Made by a program: the position numbers and the translations under genes. The notes below the pieces were generated by a model. That model did no database searches. It saw only the letters and a program-made list of their open reading frames with translations, and had not been told where the DNA came from. DNA of 63,989 bases, the filler included, from Hausera hauseri (lineage: Eukaryota): the NCBI GenBank assembly GCA_046269625.1. It is 11 parts of 11 records of this genome, joined end to end, with 100 filler letters (N's around TTAATTAATTAA, not from the genome) between each part and the next. Parts side by side here need not be neighbours in the genome. Positions count along the whole stretch, not along the records: positions 51,012 to 54,952 come from JBJURY010870960.1; positions 55,053 to 63,989 come from JBJURY010501019.1; 9 more parts are not named here. One strand, given 5' to 3'. Shown here one piece after another: positions 52,752 through 63,989 of the stretch; position 1 is the stretch's first letter; every line of letters starts with the position of its first letter.

Positions 52752-53120
52752 TCAATCAAAAATCGTACGACGACGACGTTTGTTTATAGCTGATGAACTC
52801 AATGAGGCTCTACCTTTTCGTCTTCTCATAATCAAGCCACCAGCAGTAAATTGTTCTTTGACTGATTCAACGATTCCGGGTGAAGCGCTTTTTATTTCCG
52901 ACAAGGCGTGTTCATTCAGTGATGGTAAAATCGATTTATTTTCATATAGTACGTCCTGTGCTGCTATTGCTGCCACGGCGCCGATACGCTTCAACAAAGA
53001 AAATGCTAAACGTGCCAACGTACGCAATTATCCAGAGCCATACTGTTTACGAACGAAATACGGTAGTTTCCCGCCCTGCTGCGGTTTACTGTAAATGGAA
53101 ACGATTTCAGAATTAATCAT
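52752..53120 (-). pseudogene. Polinton basic core-like protein
   Basis: QQGG..QYGSG then RTLARLAFSLLK..AQDVL..GG..RRRKGR..RRRRTIFD, just upstream of the major capsid. Confidence 0.6.
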
Positions 53121-53139
53121 GTTGTTGTTGTTGTTGTTG

Positions 53140-54161
53140 TTGTTGGATTCGACGGAAATGAAGAGTTAGACTGGTTGTGGTACCGTACGGAAATTCAATA
53201 AGGTAGCCCGCGTCACATCGGATATTCACTTCAACATTGTTTATAGATGTAGATGCCACATGTAGTTACATTGGATTATCGAGCTTGACAGTGACATTGT
53301 CGCCAGCAATATACTTACTGCTTTCCGGATAAATTGTACGCAGTAGTGGTACACGTACTCCACTAACCAAAATCGGTTTGGTGACATTCACGTAAATGTA
53401 CATTTGACGTAGTCCCGTTTTCAGTTTGGGTTTGAGTGTTTCAACATTTGCCAATACCATAGCCAATGCTTTGTCCAATGAAATGTCAAAAATATCCTTA
53501 GCCAGTTCAACTTTAAGTCCCATTTGTATCTGACTCGAAAACTTTAAATATCGCCTTGTACTTTTGATTTGAAGAAAAGTGCTGACAGAGATGTGCTACA
53601 GATTCGCAATAGACATTGTCGCTAATCGATACGTATGATGTTGACACCGTTTCTTTTGTATAGGTAAACTTTACCGTTTTCTGGTAATATACGGGACTTA
53701 ATTTAGGAGCAACTATATTTTTACTTTTGGTATTTTTTACTTTTTTACTCTATATTTTTGAATCAAAATTTTTGCTCAATCTCAGAGGACTTAGAGGTAA
53801 CAGTGAATTCAAAATCTGCGATACAATGTAAGTTTTCTAAAATAAAAACACCGATCTTGCCGAATATACTGTAATTTGCTTCAGTCATGCAAAATCCCGA
53901 TTCTACAACTGTTATTTTATTGTTAGTAAGTGTCAGAAGACAAGAATGTGTTTTGGTTTTGGTAACAGTCTTGTTGTACATTATTTTTATACTACCTTTC
54001 AGGGTCACCGGTGCGTAGGGAAAGTTAAATTCCGTCAGTGCAATCTCCCATTGTCCAGATAAATCCAAAGGACTATTCCAATCTACAAGGTATTCACTGG
54101 CTAAATTGTTTGGACGAGTCGTCGGACAACTGTTGCTTGGCAACATCACGTAAATACTCAT
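53140..54161 (-). pseudogene. Polinton minor capsid (penton-like) protein
   Basis: MSIYVMLPSNS..NLASEY..PLDLSGQWEIALTE at the N-terminus; MYIYVNVTKPILVSG..PLLR..NPM..IEF..LTLHFRR at the C-terminus. Confidence 0.82.
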
Positions 54162-54199
54162 GATTTCAATGATAATAATGATAGTGATGAGGCAGTTTG

Positions 54200-54952
54200 T
54201 TTATTATCGACATTGACGACGTCGAAAATGTAACGTCAGTGTGTCGTTGCCCCGAACAGAAATTTAATGGGTTCCCAAAATTCATCAAGCATATACATGG
54301 AAATACTGTGCACAATATTGTAAGACAATGATAAGTACATGGGGCTGAGAATATTAACGCGAACAGTTTCATTTGATGTTTTGTATGTGTCAGAATCCAG
54401 TTCGATAGAAGCCAGTAGTTGTTTACGTTTTCCACTAACGAGTACGGATTCGGTTAAGTCCGTTAAAATGTTGATTCGGTGAAATGCTTCATAGAGTTAT
54501 GGCTTGTATTTGGCAACAATAGATCGTCCAACAATGTTTTGATAGAATACGAGTTTTGAAAAACCAAGATTCGGAGCCAAAAATTCATCGAAGGCAAAAT
54601 ATGTAAACTTATCATATAGTATAATCGAAATATGACCATCTGCATTCATTTCACATGTCTTTAAGGCTAATGTAGCCGTTTTCTTTACGTATTCACACAA
54701 TTCCCATTCCGTTTCCATTAGTAAACCGTGTTGTATAATATATGAGCGGAAGACCGATTCCGACTTAGTCTACTTTACTATAATATCGGATTGCGCATCG
54801 GATGAAAGGTCAAAATTTTTACCAATCGTAACATGTCCACTTAGCCGTAGACGTTTTGAGTGTACATTCACTGACTGAAAACCCAATGCCTGAGCATTAG
54901 CTATAGAATTAAACTGCATTTCAATGGGATTTCGATGCACTAGTTTCATACG
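54200..54952 (-). pseudogene. Second, divergent penton-like paralog, 5'-truncated
   Basis: LAPNLGF, then TDLTESVLVSGKRKQLL..SPMYLSL..SISMYMLDE..PIKF..LTLHFRR, parallel to the neighbouring penton C-terminus. Confidence 0.65.
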
Positions 54953-55052
54953 NNNNNNNNNNNNNNNNNNNNNNNNNNNNNNNNNNNNNNNNNNNNTTAA
55001 TTAATTAANNNNNNNNNNNNNNNNNNNNNNNNNNNNNNNNNNNNNNNNNNNN

Positions 55053-55454
55053 TTCTCGTAACGAAACTGGAGTTAATCGAGGTAAATATGAATCTGGTTG
55101 GGTTGTCCAACAATACATGAACGAATACAATCAAGTTTCGTTTAGTGTTTTGATTATCCTATCGACTATAAGATTATATAGATGTTCAATTCACTAGGCC
55201 CCATGGACGGTCGTTTGAATGGCCAGGCCGTTAAAGACCATTTTCTTAAATCGAAACTACCGATTTCAATATTGGGTCGCATTTGGAAACTGTCAGATAT
55301 TGACGATGACGGCCATTTGGATCGGGATGAGTTTGCGTTAGCGTCTTATCTGATTAAAATAAAATTGGATGGTGATGAGATACCGAATACATTACCAAAT
55401 CATTTAATTCCTCCGTCCAAATCAGCACTAGTTGCTCGTGGAGATCTGACATAA
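55053..55454 (+). CDS. Host EHD/RME-1/Past1-family protein, last two exons (EH domain)
   Basis: Exon GWVVQQYMNEYNQ, 47-nt GT-AG intron 55135-55181, then KSKLPISILGRIWKLSDIDDDGHLDRDEFALA..LPNHLIPPSK. Confidence 0.9.
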
Positions 55455-56459
55455 TTTCAGATGATCGACCTTTATCAGACATATCGGATTTTAGTTGTTG
55501 CTCTGACTTGTGTTTTGTTCCTTTGGCCAGATTGTTTTGTAAAGAAATATTCGACTTTTTTGTAACGTTAATTTTCGACAATTTGCTGATTTGTTTCCTT
55601 ATTTTTGTTGATCATCTGACGAATGGGATGTGCTGGAACGTTGACAGAACAATAAACGACTCGCTTTTGAAGTATTTCGTTACATTATTTGGCACTTGGG
55701 TTAGTCTGTGAATATTGCTTAATTAACAATATTCACAGAGCCATTAAGTTTTTTTTCAAAAATTATATCACTGGGTAAGATTTGATTTTTGATAAAAACA
55801 GTCATAGAACATTATTTAACACATCTGCATCTTGAATGTCAGATGTCCCGCATTTCTACGTACTTGTACAATATTACTCACAAATTCATGACACACATTC
55901 AAACATGCATATACAAAAATATCGACAGGTTTCCTCCAATATTATGACCATATTTTAACTTCGTGTTTAGTATGCTATGGCTGTTGCAACAAATCAGATA
56001 CCGAATATTTTTGTGATTTGAAGGAACAAGTATATTATCTGCAACATAGGAGGAAGCCACCAAAAGGGAAGTGAATAAGTGCCATACGTTGTAGAATCTA
56101 CATTATGCTGAAAAGTGTCAAACAATCAACAGCGAAACGAGAAATCATTAACAGTCGAATGCAAATCGTATTAAATGGAACAGGTACAACACAATTTAAC
56201 CCTTTGACTGCATAAGTATATAGGAAATGCGGGAATACAACGTATAAATACACGAAACTACAATATTTTGCAATTAAGTTCTGCGATTTTCCGATTATTT
56301 AAAAGGTTTAATTTTCAATATGGATATATTATATATAATTTTATTGTTGGTTACCATGTAAATGTTTACTTTAACATTTTTTGCATTATATTCGAAGCAT
56401 TGACTTAATATTCGTAGATCATGGAAATATTCAAACTAGCTAATTAATTGCCAAATCTA

Positions 56460-57120
56460 TTAGCAAACACAGAAAAGCAGGCATGATGTATCTTCACAAA
56501 TCTGTGGAAGCCATAGCTGTGCATAATGAAGTTGTGTCTAAGCAACACCTGCATGGAATATTGCAAAGTACAAAAAATGCTATTTTTAATGCGCATGAAA
56601 GCACTTTGTTCTGGAAGCTATCACCCAATCAAACATTGGCATTTAAAGAAGAAAAAATGCAGAGGCAAAAGGGCGAAGGTAGGCGTGCCATTTCTTGTTG
56701 GATGTTCGGTGGCCGGTGAGTAACTCTCTACTTGTAACATGTAAGTTTGCGAATCCAAGATGTTTTCGTGATTTCTCAGTGAAGTATTCGTTTAATTCGA
56801 AAGCATGGATGACTCGATATATTTTTCGACAATTGGTTCAAAAATGGAACAGATTACTGACTCGATCAGGAGTCCTTAGTAGTTGATATAACATGTAACA
56901 TATCGAGTTATTATTTCTCCCACCAAATACAACAGCATATAAATAATCTATGAATTGCCGAATCATCAACAAATATCTAACACTTTTACAGAAGGAAATT
57001 TAACGCTCGATTTTCCCTTTAATCCTCTCGATGCGGTGGTGCATTTTCACGTATCATGACATGCCATGAAAAGGGATACAATCATCAGCTGCTTTCGTTC
57101 GGCTGGATTTTTCCATGACT
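56460..57120 (+). pseudogene. Tigger/pogo (CENP-B-like DDE) transposase remnant
   Basis: IFNAHESTLFWKL.P..TLA, NPRCF, NSKAWMT, FLPPNTT. Confidence 0.75.
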
Positions 57121-57639
57121 GTTAAGACTTTAAGGCTATTAAGACCGCCGTTTACTTGGTTTTAGAGCTTCTTTCTGACAAAGCGACGGAAAACATCACA
57201 AAAATGTAAGCAACCTTTTGGGGTGTTGCAACCCATCTGCAGAACATAGGGGTTGCAACATCCCGAATTTTACATCATAAAATAGCTGAGATCCACAAGA
57301 CAATCCGAGATCAGCGGCAAAATCCGGACACAAGCTCAGAAAACGTGAAATAACACGAATTACAAAATTGAGACAAAAGTTTCTAATTGAAACAGATCGG
57401 AAAATAACGTTGATCGATAGTTAGAAATGTTGGATTGCACAGCGTAAATTAAACCGGAAATTTTAAATTCAAATTGTGCAATGAATAGAAAATGTTTAAA
57501 AGCTTTTCAAATTGAGTTCTCAAAATGTCTACGATTGTTTTTAACGTTGCATTTTAAACAAAGTGACCTTGATATGTCTTTTGGAAAATTCTGAAAAATA
57601 AAAATCGGGTAATTTGATCATGCAATTGTTCGCGGCATC

Positions 57640-59290
57640 CGTTCGTTGCTGTTTCGTTATAACGCCACCTTCGCATTCCACCGGTGTTTTGTCCTGTTCC
57701 AATCGATATACATTTGTATTTTCTCAATATAACGCCATTCTCTCGCTGTTCGTTTTACGCCGCTGATCTTCGTGTACCTAGAAACATGATTCACTTGTTA
57801 TAACGCTGTTGTAGCATTATGCTGCACAATGGTACGAGTATGCAAGCTGTCATCTCGTTTCTCCATGGGGTAGCATATATGCTAGCAGCGTGTATTAAGT
57901 CAACTGCAGGCAATGGAATTGTTTTAAAGGAGGTATGGATGCAGCCAGCATATAGGGATAGAGTGCTGAGAGGAATATATCCGTCTATGCGCTATACAGA
58001 ATTTGTATCTCCATTTTTAATAATCTTATTGTTGCATAATGAATTCACAAAAGCGTAGGCGTGAGTCAATTACCCTTGAGAAGAAGAAAGAGATATACCT
58101 GCTTGAAAAATTAACCCTACGATGTCAAAGAATGAAATTGGAGAACGATTCTCACTTTCACGAACAACTGTTCGAGATATTTTTAGTCAGGCTGAGAAGT
58201 ATGAGAATTCTACTGTTGGTTTGTCCAAGCGACAAAGATTTGGAAAATTTAATAACTTGGAAGACGCTCTGTTTAACTGATTCACCCAAAAGCGTGTCAG
58301 CATCATCATCTTTACTGATGACCTGCTAAGAGAAAAGACGACGAAACTTGGTGAGCTGTTGAATGTATAATAGTTGGTGGCTGCAGCGATATAAGACAAG
58401 ATTCCATATTTCACAGTGACGACTCTGCGAGGAAGGCGTGTCGATTTCTCCACTCATCGCTGAGGAGCACCTTACTAATTTAAACATTGTACTAGCAAAT
58501 TCTTGCTATGACCCAGACGATATCTACAACGCGGACGAATCGGGGTTGTTTTCCAGCTCATTTCCGACCAGACGCTGGCCCACAAGAACGAAAGCTGTCA
58601 TGGTGTCAAAAAGAAGCAACGAATCACTTTTCTACTGTGACGCAACTCCACCGGAACAGACAAGCGACAATTGCTGATTATTGGGACATCGGAAAAACCA
58701 CGACGCTTCCAGAGCTTCAATCAGCATTTCTACTGCACTCACACAGCAAACAACTAAGTGTTGATAACTTCTAACATCTTCCAAGAATGGCTACTGCAGT
58801 TAAACAAGCAGCTTGCTTCTGAAGGGCGCATCGTTAATGATGGTCTCAGCAGCATAAAGATATACTTCTCCCACCAAGTATCACTGCCAGTCGGCAACTA
58901 TTGAACAGTGGTATCATCACCAGTTTCTATGCTCAATATCGCAAGCTTCAAGTCAAGAGAATGGCGGAATTGGTTCTAAGTGAAAGTGAAAAGACAGGTT
59001 GTCATCAGACTTTCCATAAAATGTAATTGCCTTTCTTATGAATAAATTGCAAATTAATCAATTTCGATTTATTATATCAATTGATCAATACAGGTTTTAT
59101 GAGCATAAACAGACTAGCAGATTTTGCGCCTGGGCTATTGAATACGAGTATCAACAACAATTTTGTACTTGTTCCTAGTAATTTACTGTATCGCTCAATT
59201 TCGCATTTTATTCGTGTTCGATACTACACCACCCTCACCTTACGCCGCTTTTTCGTAAAATCCAGTGAGTAGCATTATAATAAGTGGTTG
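57640..59290 (+). mobile_element. Tigger/pogo-like element remnant
   Basis: KRRRESITLEKKKEI HTH start, DDIYNADESGLF, IIGTSEKPR; repeated TATAACGC subterminal words. Confidence 0.75.
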
Positions 59291-60769
59291 TTCATTACTC
59301 ATAACTAATCAAAATATCTTGTATTTATAAATTGTTGAAAGACTGTTGATTTCTTAAGGATAGTTTTCATTGGTTGGTTTGGCTCAGATAAAACAATTGG
59401 AATTTTGATATCGGGAAGTCTTGAAATGGTGATTGTTGTACGAATGTAGACGGTAATGCTTTCGATGTAAGCTCCGCCTTGTGTTGTAGTTTGTTCAGAT
59501 CTATTATAATATTTCAATCTTGATTTAAATGATGATAATGTTTGGATTTTCGATGTTTTTCTTCGTTTCAATTTAATGATTCTCGAATGCTCATTAGTAA
59601 ACAGAGGTTTTCGATTTGGACATTGACGAATTCGGTAGTAGACCTGAAACGGATTTTGGTGTGAGAATTTTTTGGGAATTATCTTCTGTTTCGACAATGG
59701 ATTTATCGAGTTTTTTGTCGCTTAACGCTGATGGACTAATCGATAATCGAGAAAAAATTCTGAGGACTGAAATGTTTGATTGATTGATAGCCTGACTGCC
59801 AACGAGCACAAACCGATGAGCGGTTATCAGACCCGAAAATTCGTGTCAGCTTAAAGGCGTGCAACATTGGCCATGTCGCCGGAAAAACCGGGATTGTGTC
59901 TGCGACCAAAGCAATACAAGGACGACGAATAACTTCACAACATTATTCCAAATTTCAGAATATCTTCAATATCCCAATGGAAGTAATATTGCAGAAGTAA
60001 AATTGCAGAACAAGTCTATTATGGCGACATCTTGCAACAAGTCTCAAGGTAAAAGAAAAAGTCACTGTTGATGAAAAAGTACTCATATAGGCGAAGGATG
60101 GGCCATTGGCAACAAGAATACTTCACAAATTTGTACTTTAATCAAATGAATCAAAGTAAATAATTAGTAAAAATGAAATTCAAGTATACAGATGACTATG
60201 TTTACATATTACTTGTTTTATTAGTGTGATTACTTTTGTCAATACCTAATAATATACATGGCAGTACTTTTACTAATTGTTGCACAAAAATTGTTATAAA
60301 TATCACCTCCTTGAACAAGCACAAACAAATTTTCCTTAGCGACAGGGAAAGCGATACCCTATGTATATGATGAACAATTGAATGTAGCCTGAGAAACGAC
60401 CTACAATGTTTTTCTGACAACTTTGCGGCCTTCAGAAGTCATAATGCATCAAGATGATCAAAAATGTTATAAAGTTACCTGAAAATATCATACCCTATGT
60501 TAAAGTAAAGTAATTTTCCGTGTGAATGTAAAAATTATAAGAGCATAATGAGTAAAAAAATCAAACAATCATTTAAAAATCTCTAGTCTGACACGATCGA
60601 ATCTAGATACAAAAATGGACGAAACGATCACAATAATATACAATAGTATTCACCAATTCCAATAAGTTATTTTGACGCACTTAACAACTGTTCTTCTTCA
60701 CTGACATAACTATGGTAATCACTGTTTATGCCCATTGATAATTGTCTTCTTTGTACTTTTGGTATTTTT

Positions 60770-60895
60770 TAGGTTTTATTCTGATGAATCTTTAATCTAA
60801 TTAACATAGTCATTGGTTCATTCTTGTAGATCTTTAATTCATTTGACTGAGTCACTGGTTTATCCTGGTGGATCTTTAATCCAGTTGACTTAGTC
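60770..60895 (-). repeat. About three copies of a 42-bp tandem repeat inside a short ORF
   Basis: TTAAAGATCCACCAGGATAAACC / TTAAAGATCTACAAGAATGAACC / TTAAAGATTCATCAGAATAAAACC; peptide LKIHQDKPVTQSNE. Confidence 0.6.
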
Positions 60896-62884
60896 GCTAC
60901 CTTTACTTCTTTCTGATGTCTTTTAAATGTCTTTTTGCGAAGTGATTTTCCTCTAGGTTTTCTGTAAGGTTCAAATGTCTCTGTCCTGTTTTCACATGGA
61001 GCTATGCTGTCAGATGTCATTTATGTCACATTTATAACATGTATTTTGCACAGGTTATATACAAAGTTGGCAAATGTCTTCAGTTTTGCGGACAAGTCCT
61101 GATGCCCTAAATTCAGGCATACAAATTTTTTAATTTGTTGATTCAGTGGAAAATTAATACCATTTAAGCCTGTATCAAAGCTTACAACAGGAACAATCGT
61201 ATGTCATTATAAGTTATTCCCTAAACACTTCTCAGACACTATTCCTTGCTTTCTGTAAGATTTTTTTCTATACATTTCTTGAAGGAGAGAGTCCTATCAA
61301 AGGCAACCCAAGGTGCTTTAACCCCCGATTCCTTTCATTGGTCTTAACACTGTACTGAAAGGACATACTTGTTGAGTACCTTTCTGTCATCATCAAACCA
61401 AGGAAAGATAATACAAGAGAGCCTAAAAGTTATAGATTATAATTTTGCAAAATATTTATGGAAAGTTCTTGAAAAGATAAATGTGGAACAGTTGAGCATA
61501 AAACTTAAAAGCACAAGACATCTACCAGCCACACTTGGTGGTTGATGACCTGTCATGGGGACTCATTGGTCTCAAGGTAAGAATTCACTGCAGGTACTAG
61601 AGGTCCGGGGATCAAGTCCTGGTGGAAGCACTTTGAATTTTTTTCTCCTGGACTGAATATAACAAAAATTTTCCCAGATCATTGGGTAGTTTGTTTGGTT
61701 TGGCGATCGGACATCGCAAGTTGCATTTTTCCTTCCTGAAGAGCACACGGGTACTAGGCAAGTTACGAGGCTTATCCTCGTGGGGTCCGAACCCATGCGT
61801 TGCACAGCCGTTTTGAGTGCACCCTTTGGCTGGGGCTCCGCGTTTTCCACTTTACCCTTAGTGCCTGAGGTCCCATGCAGCCATCTTCGTCACAGTCTAG
61901 GCTTTACTGGCTGAGCCATCCTCTGAACCTTTGCTTTCAGAGATTGGATCAGCCAGGGAAACAGCTGGGGACAACCTCCCCCTGCCCGAGTGCAGGAAGA
62001 GGCAGCAGAGCCCTGTCTGTTCCTAACAAAGAGCACCATGAATCCCGGCGGACTCCATGAAGGTAGGGTTGCCTCGATTGACTCACCTAGAAGCAGCCAG
62101 CCCTTGCTCCTCATCACTGGGCAGTGAGAATGGATGTGCTTGCACATTGATGTGCACATTACAGATTCCTTGGCAGAAGTAACCTAACGTCTGCCCAAAT
62201 CTATCAGGACTTCGTTGGTGCAACAGAGCTCAGTACCATCGATCTCCAGAATGCGAGAACTAGGGATTAAATACGCGAGCGTCATGTCGGACGTGCACGA
62301 TGACTTGTTAATCAACACAGAACTGGCATAGTTGACTATCACACGCTGCGGGAAATAGTGATGCGGGGATCTGAGCACCTATGGACTTGTTCCGACAGTG
62401 ACGATGATCCAGCTCATAACTCATAACGGTGGAACGACAACTATATATTGTGTGTGGGCTGCGAAATAAGTTAGATTCATCAGAATGAATAAGCAGCCGC
62501 GGATCAAAGCAGCAGTGTTGGGTTGGGAACTACAGGTGCCTCTGTTACCTCCATTGGAATACTTCACAGTCCAAGACAGGAACATCAAGTTAGTAACGGC
62601 CGCTTTAAGCTATAGCCACGGGAAACGAAAACCTCGGCAAACAAAATCACTTGGAAATGGATAGGCTATTGCAAACAACAACAAGTAAAACACAACTTGG
62701 TCTACCGAAAAAGGAGTGTCAGCTACGGCGCACAAGCCAATAAAGAACACCACGCATATGCGTGAATTGCCTGTCCAGTTAGTTTAGTGAGTTGTCTGAT
62801 TAAGATCATCGAGAGAGTTTGGAAAGATGGGCTGCTTCAAAAACTGTTGAAACACAAGACAGAAGGAAATTGTACATCTGGATT

Positions 62885-63120
62885 GTGGTCGCAGGGGTCG
62901 CATGGTTGGTACACTTGGCGGCTGAGTCTTGTGGCGCGGGTTCAATTCCGGCCTCCGGACCTCAGGCTTACCCAGCCTGAAATGGGTACCAGGATTAAAA
63001 AAAAACATGGGAAATAAATGCAGCAAGAAAGGTGGTGGCGTCTCTACTCACAAAACCGAAACCTAGAAAAATGAAGGCACTAACACTCCATTCCCCTACG
63101 GCATCGATAATGCTATGGTA
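62885..63120 (+). mobile_element. tRNA-derived SINE-like insertion
   Basis: A-box-like TGGTTGGT, B box GGTTCAATTCC (about 62938), then CCCAGCCTGAAATGGGTACCAGG, resembling a Nin-type core. Confidence 0.6.
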
Positions 63121-63129
63121 TTTACTAAC

Positions 63130-63960
63130 ATCTGGATAAAAGATATTCTCCATACTGCACAGTTCGAGTTAAATAGGGTGGGCTCCTGAGTCATCGCGTT
63201 AATCTCCAGGAGGGTGTACCACAAGTTGATTTACATTCCCAGCTCTATTCATTGTCTTTATCAATGATATGGCAGAAGACATACCCAACAAGGTCTCCAA
63301 AGCTCTGCATGCTGACGACTTCGCAGCTTGGGGTACAACATATCAAATATCAGATTTAAGGTACCGAATGCAGGAAATACCGAAAACCACCGAGAAATTG
63401 ACGTCAAAAAGTGGAGTGCAGATTAACATATCAAAGACATTGTCAAATTGTCAGCATGCTTTTCTCTGTCAGATTAGAGAAAGTCAAACTGCAGCTTCAA
63501 GGTCGTAAACTGGCATTGAGAGATAATCCCGTTTATCTGGGGATTATACTGGGCAAACGATTAATGTGGTAACCACATCTGAGAGAGATAGAAAAGAAAG
63601 CAACCAAAACTTTCCTTTATGTGAAGAAAAAAAAACCAACAGGGACGACTTGGGGAGCCAACAACATTATCCTGAAGGAAGTCTACTTCGGCGCAATTAG
63701 AGCCATTTTGGAATACAGCGCGTCTTCGTGGGATACCGCGAGCAAGTCAAACACAAAACGCGTGACGGAATGATATACAATTCTAACTTAAGGGTGATAA
63801 CCAGAGGAATGAAAACCACCCCAATCACGGAAATGGAAAAACTGACAAATATTCAATCACTACAAGACAGAAGAGACAGAAAAGTGTGGATCTACACTGA
63901 GAAGTTAAAACGAGAGAATGGAGAGGGAAACTCGAGGCCCGTGACTAAACAGTAAATAAA
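63130..63960 (+). pseudogene. Non-LTR retrotransposon RT remnant
   Basis: GVPQ, LFIVFINDM, HADDFA, YLGIIL..L.W..HL, RAILEYSASSW. Confidence 0.85.
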
Positions 63961-63989
63961 CAAACACATATGGGTATGAACAAGGCACT

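Noticed and set aside
42350-54952. Polinton carrying the retroelement or its fusogen as cargo
   Set aside because: Capsid modules and the gypsy copy are on separate contigs; no physical link is visible
59305-59809. Host exon(s)
   Set aside because: Low-complexity Ser/Lys-rich frames with no recognisable domain or clear splice structure
62895-62955. Functional tRNA gene
   Set aside because: B box is present, but I could not form a convincing cloverleaf and it continues into a SINE-like body

Overview
AT-rich, animal-like eukaryotic DNA made of 11 short contigs joined by artificial 100-bp spacers (N-run/TTAATTAATTAA/N-run), so adjacency across gaps is not evidence. Almost everything is decayed mobile DNA: Polinton/Maverick parts (three protein-primed PolB fragments, two major capsids, two adenain proteases, two tandem penton-like genes, probable TIRs), two copies of an ordinary Ty3/gypsy family, hAT (hATm-like), piggyBac, Tigger/pogo, a tRNA-derived SINE and a LINE RT remnant. 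One clear host gene fragment is present (C-terminal EH domain of an EHD/RME-1 protein). The standout is an unusual Ty3/gypsy lineage seen in four contigs (1-3300, 21789-25822, 25923-32424, 44017-50911). A chuvirus-like glycoprotein sits UPSTREAM of the protease, where gag normally lies, and is in frame with it in one copy. The linker carries ESCRT late-domain-like motifs (YPDL, PTAP, YPx3L) and no visible gag. After PR-RT-RH-IN come an in-frame FN3-like type I membrane protein, an apparently inactive REX4/ISG20-like exonuclease, a C3HC4 RING finger, the PPT and the LTR. The full order is reconstructed by homology between copies, not seen on one contig. All family calls are motif recognition by eye, without database searches.
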